The notes under the pieces: generated by a model
What the model was told of the DNA's origin: nothing
Databases searched by the model: none
The model's input: only the letters and a program-made list of their open reading frames with translations
Assembly: GCA_002633005.1 (NCBI GenBank)
Contig: NMRA01000015.1
Location: 551,239-615,238 of the forward strand
DNA length: 64,000 nucleotides
Direction: 5' to 3'
DNA from: Phoronis australis
Taxonomy: Eukaryota; Animalia; Phoronida
Shown here: one piece after another, positions 29,401-41,400 of the stretch
How positions within the stretch are numbered: position 1 is the first letter of the stretch
Layout: the number at the start of each line of letters is the position of its first letter
Made by a program: the position numbers and the translations under genes

Positions 29401-32400
29401 ACAACAGGCAGTCTCAATCTGGGTTCAGGCTTTCAAACAAGAATTCAGAAGAGGTTGCTCTGTAAGAACACAAATCTTAAAAGCCAACATTCAATCAATG
29501 CCGTCACAGAGACAATATGCACAGTGAGGTGATTTCAAATGACAATCGCACATAATAAATGAATTCAGTTTGTTTTCACATGGTACATAAATAATTAGAG
29601 AAAAATATAGAAAATGCATTAAGTCTGTGATACGTAAGTAATGATGCTACAGTCTCAATAATGCAAAAAGTTCTAAACTAAGTAAAAAGTATTTTGAAGT
29701 CTAAAAGCAGAAGGAAGCTATGTCTACTAAAACATTATATTTGCCAGGCTGTGCCTTTGGCCTGTTGTTACCTGCACAACAAAAATCAACTGTACTTATA
29801 ATAAATAAAATAGATTATTAATCTTCAACTTTAGCTAACAATTCACACTTTTAGATGTCTAATACCAAGCTTGCCCAAGCACTTTTAAGCAATGCTCTCT
29901 TAAGCTATAAGATCTTCTAACCTTGAATGGTGCGCTTCATTTATGCTGGAATAATGATTACCAAGTTTAGGAGGCAAAGATTCTTTAATGTGTAAAGCTT
30001 GTTACTAGACTAATTAAGCATTAGTATACTTTGGTGACAGCCTTCCTTTAAATATGCCGTGATGAAAATCTCAATGAGTTTGTTGCATTCAAGTAGGCGA
30101 CATAAAATTGTGTGAATGGTGTTTAATTCATGAAACAATTGTCCAATCACAGACTTAGACAACGTCAACTGCTGTGCTTACAATTGGATAGTTGCTTCAT
30201 GTATTAGACTTATACCACAAGTTTTTATTTCACCTGAATGCATAATGTCAGATTTTCAACACTACGTATTACATGGTTCCCACGCTTTCTTTTCCCAATA
30301 AAGTACTTTTCAACCCAAGTTCAAAGTCTTTTCAAGAATGTTTGTGCACGTATACCTCTATCAATGATTTAGATCACACAATCAAACATGCCCATCAAAT
30401 GTTCAGGATTTTTCAATTAAACGACGTTGTCCGCAGCGATGACTGACTTTTGGCACACTTGGTGAAAGATTGTTAAATAAAAAGTATAAATGATAACTTT
30501 GCAACAGAACAGAATGAATATTCAGAATCGAGCACTTTTCAAGGTTGATGTCAAGTAGTTTTCAAGGTCAATAGTCAAATTCAAGGTGTGTGGGAGCCAT
30601 GTATTAAGCACTGTGCAAGTCTTGGGAATTAATCAGACAAGAAAGTAAGAAATAATGTGCTGCCTAATACGAAACATGCCCTGGTGACACAGTAAAGCAC
30701 AAAGTTGTTGTTCTTTTTACGGATGAGAGAAATCACATTCACAAAGGATTGTGGGATACCGGTCAGATGTATGCATGATGTGTAGACTGAAATAATTTCA
30801 TTTTTAGTAATATTTCAAGTAACCAGACTTTCAATTTATCATAAAATTGAATAAACTGGTAGCATCTATGCAAAATGAATTTCAGGCTTATAGTAGATGA
30901 TGGGCTTAACGTGCTCTGGATTACGTATTTGAGGACACGTAGCCTACAAATCTATGTTCTGGGATGTGCATGCATCACCTTTCATTCCGTAAAAAGATCA
31001 ATGGGGCTACTATGCACGTCTTTCAAAATGCGTTATTGCTGTGGCATGCCAAGCTTGTTCTCAGTACAACCTTGGAAACAGTGGTAACCAGCTGAGCATT
31101 GTGCAATATGAGTAATAACCCTGTAGACAGAGTCGTATTTGAGATATATGCTTTGGCCAAAGTTGCCCATTTCTGTGCAACCCAACCATGTTTCTGGCTG
31201 TTCCAACCATGTCTCTGGCTGTTCCAACCATGTTTCAAGAAGATGATATTATGTCAGGCTCTGACATTTTGAGAACGAGTTTGATGAGATGGGGCATTTA
31301 ACAAAAATATGTATTTAATATTTAGATTTCATTCTTTCCACAAACTCTAGGATACCACTTCAATAAAAAAATCTGTCCCACGATGTTGTATTATGCATTG
31401 CAACATTAAATTCAGTTAATGACTCCAAATGCATGCCTTGCTTATTAAGTAATACCATAAAGTAAGAACTCCTCAACGGGTCATAGACAAAAGTGAACAT
31501 TGCGCACGAGAGGTTTGCCCCATGCAGAACAGAGCGCCATCTGGTTTAAACTGGGTAATTCAGTACTTTTGCTCGAAAAAGCACTATCAATGGCTTGAGT
31601 CAATAAAATTACTCCTGTCATTTGCCATCAAAATTTGCAGCAATTCACGTGTGAAAGTCTCGCGGCATCTAATCTATATTTCTCTCAGCCTGGAAATAAA
31701 AAATTTGAAAAGACCTTATGAAACGCGGATGGCCAAGGTTATGTACCACCATGTTTGTATATCCATGACCAGACACTGGACACACAACTCAGTCATTTGT
31801 TACTAATGCAACCAGTGCCAACTCACTATATTTTTGATAGCTAGTCTTATAATTACACCACATATTACCGCCAGGCAATATTGTTCACATTCATTGCACA
31901 CGCAGACATTTGGTTCATTATGTATTTTTGGTGAGTGGTGATTCTTTCATCATCTCTAAAATCTATTGGTCTATTTCACCAAACTCTCGCCTATTTAAAT
32001 TCATTGGCACAATGTTTCGGTCGATCATTTCTCCGGCCATCTTCAGTAAATATTGTTATAGCATTCTCAAAAGAACGAGCACTCACAGTGGTCAATGATG
32101 AACACTTCTTTTCCCATAGCGAAATGACAAACCAAAACGTGCCAAATGTGAATAGGCGAGAGGTTGGCGTAAACAGACCAATAGATTTTGGAACTGATGT
32201 AACCACATCACCACCTCAAAGCAGTTTTACGAAGACATCCATTTATTACCAGCAGAAACTATTTTTGTGCTCTGAAATACTGCCTGCCACATTACATAAG
32301 GCACATGGGGTTTTCCTTAAAAACTGCCATTTTCTCCTTGGACCTGGTATATATTGCGCAGTGCCAAATATACGCAGGGATGTACATTATTTTTATATGA

Positions 32401-35400
32401 CTTTTGGTTCAAAACTATACCATCTGCCAAATACATGTCTCAGATTTATATATGGGAAGTCTTATAAATTCCAATTTTCTTACATTTCGCTTGAATAGCA
32501 TTTGCTTGGTATTTTGAGCAGACCCAATTTAAAGCCTGATGGGGCTTCAGAGTGCGCGGGGCAATTTTTCATATCGGTATGACACATCAAGGAAATTATG
32601 GTATAACTAGGCATTGGAACCTCATGTCAGTTTCATAGCTTAAACAACCTACCGTTTTTTCTGATAGATCCACCTGAGAAATGACAATACTAAGTGTAAC
32701 TACTTCACTCTAAGGATAGGAAAACTAATGACAGTCCTTCAGAACTTTCACAAAAAGAATGTGTAGTCGGAAATGTGATGTTTCTATTTCTAAAGGCTGA
32801 TTTACCATGCCACAGATAATCAAAATTTCACCAGGGCTTGGGACCACCAAATTTTACTCAGAACAAGACTTAGTTCCAAAATGACCAATTGCATGGCCCC
32901 CTTCGAGAATTTTTTTCAATTTCTTGTAATGTGATTGGCCAATTTACAAGCCAAGCCTTGAGTAAAGGTTGTTGGTCACACAAACCAAGTGTTGTTTCAT
33001 GATACCTGTAGAACAAATTATGCTTAGAAATAAATAAATTTCTGTTGAAATTTTGAAAATAAAATGAAATAAAATTCTATAATACACACAATATTGCATG
33101 CAAAATAGTAAAGATTTACTATTAACAAACTATACATTTAAAGCACCAAAAACACTGAACAACTAATTTTTTCTTTACAGACAACCAAAGAAAGAGAGAT
33201 ATTAAAATTCTAAGTTTTGGTTAAAACATTTCAATGTCAGCATAAGTTCATTTCTGAGAAATCAAAAAAGATTTCTTTGAACAAGCTGCAGCACCATATG
33301 GTGACTCCTGTTGAGCACAACATTAACATTGCCAAGGGACATTGTTAATACTGAGACCGCAAGGAAAATACCTAATTTAAAGAAAAAAACATGACATTCA
33401 CTGATTTAATGTGTTTTTCATATGACGCCCAAGGTTTAAACTTGGTTATCCGTGTTTGAAGGTCAGTGATGAGTGTTCTGGGTATGCCATGTTTTTGATG
33501 AGTCACCTTCGTATGAAGGGTGAAGGAGTGCATCCCAGGTGACTGACAAGTAGAATATAGACTGATGTTTAAAAAGTTGTGTGAAAGGGTTGGGGGTATA
33601 CAAAAATAATTCAGGTTACACTAAAAACAAGTTGTATCAACAATGAAACAAAGCGACTGATGGGCTAAAACCTTATGAAAGCACCAATTAGCAAACACAA
33701 CAGAAAGCAAGACAACTTACTTAAAGTATTGCCTGGAAACAAAAATGGAGAGAGATGCATTAGTGGTGGCCATAAGATCAAAGTTTGTCACCATCTTCGC
33801 TAATTGCAGCTAAGATTCTGCAATTGGACTGAGTTTTTATTGCAATGTTTTTAAAAATCCCACCAGATGACCAAATATCATAATGCTGTTTTTGCCACAC
33901 AATACTGTTGATGTGCAGTAGTCACCAATAGATGTCCCAGATTTTGAGCACCAGTAATGCCAATTGTTATTCGGAGGAGAAAACTGGTTCTCAAAATGCA
34001 GGACTCCTGTAAGTGACTATTACTAAATGAGAACCACTGTTTATCAACACGCATAGCCATCATAAACCACCCTCGTCAAAAATCTTCAATTTGGGACATG
34101 ATATGTCAGACAAGAGGAATTATGATTTGTTGATTTTTCTCTCATAAATATCTTTTTTCAGAAAACAAGTCGCTTCTTTTTAACATCTGTTACCAAGCAA
34201 CACTTGGTCAAATTTTGAACATTTCCAGGAATGTAACGAGAATTAGAAAAACAGAAAAACAGAAAAATGAAAATTTCCATAATAGTTTTTGTCCCAAACT
34301 GAAGAAATTTCATCCAACTCAGGTACCATACATGCCCAGAGAGAGGAGGGAGTAAAGCCCAGGGGGTTGGTGTTCTGTCGAGCAACTTTAAAACTTATTA
34401 TTTTTTAGAAATTGGGGGTGAATATATGTCCGATAATCAAGAGTGATGGGATTTTTGAACATTTTAAAAGCTAAAATTTCAAACGGAAAAACAGGGACAT
34501 TTTTAAGGAAGTCAAATTGCGAGTGGGCATTTAAAAGTGAAAATTTGCAAACTTCATGGACAAGTGTTAATCCGAAACATGGGCGATAATGTGGATGGAT
34601 AGGGTAGGCAGAGTTAAGACTACTTGAAACAACTGTGCACATAAGGCTTGACAGACATCACTGCTTACCTGTTTGGGTGTGAGTTGGGTAAGAGGAACTG
34701 GAATTCGATGACACCGATATTGTCGTCTATTTGGTAATGTTGGAGACAGTTCAACTCATAGGCAATGTATGCACGTCTGACATAGACCTAGTGATAGACA
34801 CAAGGAAATGTATGCACGTCTGACATAGACCAAGTGATAGACAAGCATGTACACTTGACATAGACCTAGTGACAGACCATAGACGTAGTGATAGACATAA
34901 AGCAATGTACACCTGACATAGACCTAGTGATAGACATAAGGAAATGTATGTTCACTTGACATAGTGAATAGACACAAGGAAACGATGCGTGTGAAATTTT
35001 TTTTGTGAGATTAGCTTTTGGCAAAATTACCCGACGTTATTTTATTAGGTTTAACCACCCGAGGATTTCAAAAGATTTTTGTTGATTTTGCTCTACATTA
35101 TTCCAAGTCGTAATTCAAATTCCTTTCACATCCACAGGTACATAGTTTTTATTAAACATGATTTTTTTGTGCCCCTTGCTTATAACCTTTAACTTAACTT
35201 TTGATGTTGACCACTCAAATAAAACTATTCTTGACCAATTCTTTACTCAGATTACAAGTTATTTCATGCCTTGGCAGTTCATCATTACTCAAGGCCTTGT
35301 TCAGTAACAAACGGCCATGCAGCCAAGTCAAAACAGCTTGTTCAGCCTCATCTCAACCACTATAAAGCTGTCAAATCTTCAAGACATTATGTTTAATCTG

Positions 35401-38400
35401 AATACAAAACAAATTGAGACATATTGCATGACTTATAAATGACGTAAATTGAAGTTAAAGTGACCATAAACACGCATGCCTTCATCATTTGGAAACTGGT
35501 CTCATATTCTTCCAGTTAAATAAGACGTGATTTATGGACTTCAGTGAAACTGACAGTTTGTAATTGCTCGAGTTCAGGCTCTGCAAGTTGGCTTGTCACA
35601 GTGTGTCAAGTTGTGATAGGCTCTGTAAGTTGGCTTGTCACAGTGTGTCAAGTTGAGACAGGCTCTGCAAGTTGGCTTGTTCTAGTGTGTCAAGTTGAGA
35701 TAGGCTCTGCAAGTTGGCTTGTCACAGGGTGTCAAGTTGAGACAAGCTCTACAAATTGGCTTGTCACAGCGTGTCAAGGTGAGGCAGGCTCTACTAATTG
35801 ACTTGTCATAGTGTGCCAAGTTGAGATAGGCTCTGCAAGTTGGCTTGTCATAGTGTGTCAAGTTGGGAAAGGCTCTGTAAGTTGGCTTGTCACAATGTAT
35901 CAAATTGAGACCAGGCTCTGCAAGTTGGCTTGTCAAAGTGTATCAAATTGAGACCAGGCTCTGGAAGTTGGCTTGTCACAGTGTGTCAAGTTAAGATCAC
36001 TTTATAATCAAGTGGTCTAACTCAAAAGATATGTTTCTTTCATTACAAGTCTTAGAATACAGGTCTATAGCTGCTTTGAACTAGAAATTTTGGCAGAAGA
36101 CAGGTTCATAACTTACAGCCAATCAACACTATAACGGCAAAGGTCAAATGCCACTTAGGTCATAAACCAGTCACCTTTTTACTTGAACTTCCTGGTTTAA
36201 ATTACTTAAGTCTTGGCAACTAATACTTTGTGGTCTTGAGCTATACTGGCCAGACCTAAGTTGCTCCATTACTATAATGTACATTTTGTTAGGCTGCCTA
36301 GTAGACACTTACCAGCAACAGTGTTATTCACTGATAAATTTCCTGTCTGTTTTAGCCATTTACTAAACACTGACATCTGTTGAGGAAGTTCTCGACAATC
36401 ATTAAGAAGCAGACGACAGTGATGTACTCTTACCTCAAGCGCGGCCATTCTGACAGGCTGACTAGTGTGGAAGAAGAACTCAGACAACACATCAAATATG
36501 GTGGTTTCAGAGGAGATGAGTTTCTGGAACAGACGATACTGTATACAGTAACTGAAGAAAGGGAAACTGACAACTAGACAGTGGAAATAATTAAAAAGAT
36601 TTGCACTCAAAGAGGATACTTTAGAACCACTTGTAAAAAGATGGTCTACAGGGTCTTTCAAATGTTCAAATCGAGGTTGCGAGATGTATTCAATCTTAGA
36701 CTAGCCAGTAATACGCCAAATACTTTCAAAACTGCAGATGAAATCCCAGAACACATGACAATCATGATAAAATCAATGTTCACTGTTGCAACCAGTTTTT
36801 CCCCGTTTTGCTTCCCCTTGGGAAACTGAATGTTAACTATTTGAGCAACTTAAAAAGCATTTTAATCTGAATGATGACAATATTCAGTTTTTGCAACAAA
36901 GAATATGTCCACACACTGAAAATGAAAAAACAACTATTATCAACCAACCTATCATTGAGAAGTGAGGACAGGGTGAGGTGAAACACAAAACAATCTAAAG
37001 ATGACCTTAAATGTACGCGTGTACGAAACAGGTTGTCATACACATGAATTTTGATATACGCAGAGCTAAAATGCAAGCTGCTCATGTCATTTTTTATTGT
37101 TACGTGGATGGCAAATACATACCAAGGGAAAAGAGGTTAACATGGAAAAAAGTCCATCAAAGATAACCAGAGAACTGTGTTTTTAACAAAAAATCAAAAA
37201 ACGTGTTACACTTTAAGACCCGCTACCTGCAGACTGTCTGGACTGTGAAGATCAATGGCCGACAAGAAGATGTTCTCCACCTGATTCCGTCTCATTTCAT
37301 ATGGTGCCTGATAGGCAGCAATCAGTATCTGAAAAAAAACATCACGTGCTGGACTCCATGAATGACGAAACAAATGGAAAATGGACATTAGCATACTTGG
37401 CGACAATAAGATTTCTCAGGTGAGTTGGTCAGCTGCTATAATGTTCGTTACTCTGTCAACCTGACATTTCCAGAAAGTACAACTTAGCAAAGTAGCAGAG
37501 GTTTTCAGAAACACTCAAATTCGCAAAACATGCCAAACATCAATGAATTTGTTGTTTACATAATCCAACAAAGTGACTTTGCCTCCACTACATGCCCACC
37601 TGTCTAGACTTGAGTGCCACGCGGGAGTTTTCTGCTTTGTTCAGAGTGGTCAGATTACTGAGAACACCAGACAACTCCTCGGTCAAACTTGGCTCTTTGA
37701 CCATAAGATAATCCTGTAAGTAGACAAAAGCTTGTCTATCAGTATCTCAAGCAATAGTTAACAGTTCCCACTCATAGTGGGTTTTCATTTTCCAAGACTT
37801 TTCTGGGATATAATTTTAATTTTCGGCTAGTTGTTTTCTCTACAAATAGTAGACAAAAAGGACTCTTCGCAAATCATTGTTGACACGCGTAACTGAATGC
37901 ACGACATGTGACTTGTAAAATAAATGCTGTCTTATGTGAAATTTGTGATATGTTCTCCATTTTCCAAATTTCCCATGTTGAGTAGGATGCATGACAATAT
38001 TGAAATTCTAGCAGTGTGACGTCGCTATTCACACCTAGTTCTTTAAGCAGAATTTTTCTCAAATACACGAAAGCGCTTTCTTCTTCAGTTGAGAGGGTCA
38101 GACGCAAGGTTAAAAAAAAAAACGATTTGTAAAGTCACATCCATGACAGAAAAACCTCTTAAGACCAGAGTGTAACAGCTCGCCAGCAGTGCATTCCAAA
38201 AAAAGATAATCTAAGAGATCTGTGGTACCTGACATCATGAACAGACAACAACTTCAATTAGCAACTGCAGCAACAGTTACTACAACCCAGCTACTTCCCT
38301 ATTTGAGTTGCCTAGTAAAGACCTTGTGTTAGCCAAAGAACAGCACACATTCATCAATATGACTTGTGTATGGGATTGTCTTTAGCTCAGTCTGTGTCCG

Positions 38401-41400
38401 ATGTCCGAAGCTTGTCCGAAATTAGCCTACTGTGACGATACATGCGGGGAGTTGGTGGGATTTGCTTTTGATCAGCATGACCTGATATTATGTTTATAAA
38501 CACCAGCAAAGTCTGAGACAGTACCAGTCCCTTAATGGACACTTGTTCTAACTCTCCATATATTTGTTGGTCCTTCAAAAAACAAGAATACAGCAGGCCA
38601 CCGAAATACAACCATCATTGTAATGTCTCTTAATGACCCTCTGTAGTCTTGCTCTTTGGAGAAATGACGAATATTCCAGGAAATAGTGTGAGTATCTGTT
38701 AATTTACTAATAAATAGAAAACAATGTCGTGTATTTAACACACTTACATAACTGACTGCTGCCAACTACTCCACTCGTCAAACAATATCAATTCCATTTT
38801 CTGCAACATTTACTAATAACAAGAGAAAAGATTCCAATAGCTGTTAATACCAGTAACATGGTGAGAAGTTCATTCTTGCCCAAGACTTGAGAGTGAGAGA
38901 AGATATTAGCCACCACAGCACCAATATCATCTTTGTGTTGATCTATCAGGTGGGCTGTACACTTGTCATAACTCCCTGAAACAAACAGTATCAGTATCAA
39001 TATCAGTATCAATAACAAACAGTATCAGTATCAATATCAGCATCAATAACAAACAATATCAACAAATGAATCAAATAGATGCAGTTACCGATGGATAAGA
39101 ATTAAGATAGTAAAAATAGTAAAAACAAAACAAGCGTCGGTAATAAAATATATTAAAATATTCTCCACGTTTCGAGCGATGCCCTCTGTATATCAACAAT
39201 TGCCAATAATACGACTTTTGCGGTACCACACCATATAACCTGTCAGTAATTCGACTTCATTCAGTATGTTGAAATAAAACTAATGAAAACATAGTTTGGA
39301 AACGGATAAAATGCAAAAAACTGACATGTTCCAAGACAAAATCTATGAGTCAAGAACTTCAGACTATGAATTAGGTTACTACATGTTAAATTACAGAGCG
39401 AGTGTTTATTACCGTGACAATGTAATTGGGCAAATTAACAGTTTCCACCATTCATGCAAACACTTACTGTAACAGTGCTACTTTGAGTATTTTCAATCTT
39501 ACCATTCTGAAACTTCAACTCAACATCTTCAGACTACATAAGGTCACTACACAATTAATGAGCATTTATTACAATGTCATTCGACAAAAACAAAACTCCC
39601 ATTCAGTACACTGAAAGCATTAGTTACCATTCTGAAATTGTGTTTCTACTTTCAAATATTGCCGAAGCAGATCCTCCACCACTGACTTCATGTGACCTCG
39701 GATTCCACTGCGATATCTGGAAATAACAAATATCAATAGTTAAGACAAGATTAGACAACTACTGTACCAATACACGTATGGTAAAATGCTGAACGTCACC
39801 CACTCATTAAAAAAAAATTGAACCTACTCCATAGTTAATGCCATGTATCATATTATTGCTACCAAAGATTTGTTCTAATCCAGCAAATACAGACAATAAT
39901 CCTGCAGCCAAAGAGAGAGGGCTGTTTTGACAACAGACATCGCAGCTTGGACGCAAACAGAATTTTAAGAACATGTTCTGTGAGCCTGACTTACTTTTGA
40001 ACAATCTGCACAATTCTCTGCGCCTGACTTACTTTTGAACAATCTGCACAATGCCCTGCGCCTGACTTACTTTTGAACAATCTGCACAATGCCCTGCGTA
40101 GTAAGAAAGAAGACGTCTCTGTCTGCTCGCTTACTTAAAGTAGCCGCATGCGTGTCAATGATGCTGGCAATCTGTAATACATGACAGTCAACAACATGAC
40201 TGTTCATAACTACTACACCTTCACTTAACAAAGATCGACCATTTTAAAAATATAGTAAGAAATCAAATATGCAAAGAACGTCCCATTCATGCATATCTTG
40301 GGACGTAAACGCATCATTATCATGGTCTATCTGTGAAATGAGTTATGAACACATCTCGATTACAGCTTCAGAAATGCAAGTGGAAAAATTACAAATAATT
40401 ATATATAACTAGAGGACCACATTGTAATTCCTGTAGCTTCAGACCACAACTTCTGCACAATCACAGATAAATTAGAGAGTGGCAGATTTGCCCTGCGAGT
40501 GTCGTCTGGTGGGAGTTAAACTTGAAGTCACTCAGCATTCAAAAACAAGACACGGCATTATAGGTGCGAGTTTCTGTCCAAATTTTTCAATTCCGTCACC
40601 ACTACATTTCTACTTTGCCATCCCCATGAACGCAAGGAAGGCCAGGCAACAAAGTGAGAATTCAATGAAGACTGGTAACTAGTATGTAAAAGCTTTTTGA
40701 ATTTACGTCAGACGGAATGGCAAAAGTACAGTCAAATAAAGAAAATATATTCAGGAAATCTTTACAGCATTATAAAGAGCATACCACAAAACTCCAGAAA
40801 TAACTTATATATAGCATTTAATTGAAAACTGAAAAATGTAAAAGGGTAGTTTCAGCAATTATATGATTCAAATAAAAGACAATTTTAATTAGCGCCTCAA
40901 TATAAATGACAAGTTACATCTAACTTATGCCTACCTGCTGACTAGGAAACTGGCACAGCACTGACGTGATATTACTAGCGTAGTTTGTCATCAACTTGCG
41001 AATGGCCTTCTCGACGTCACTTGGTATACGTCCCGATATCATTGATATGGCTTCCTGGAGGTTAAGTAAAAATACTCACTTATTCTCCATTTTGCAATTT
41101 TTTTGAAACAATAAGGCTACAAACGACGTAACAGCAGGACATCTACAACAACACCAGGATTACCTTACTTTTCATACACACTGGACTATAGGACTGCAAA
41201 AGTTTTTTCATTAGTTTTTAACAGCGCACAAAATGCGCGACACTTACAAAATTACAACGCAATGTACCTGTAGTTCCAACAGTGGTAAAACGGGATCACG
41301 GAGACATTTGAACAAGATGACAACCATCTCCTTGAGTCGAGTCTTGAAGAACTCGGCTGGTAACACGTAGCCAGCAAGAATGTTCTCCAGCGCAGCGCGG

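Noticed and set aside
31935-32498. 187-aa plus-strand ORF
   Set aside because: No recognisable domain; lies within the palindromic repeat.
35544-35936. Cys/Trp-periodic ORFs
   Set aside because: Translation of a 42-bp intronic minisatellite.
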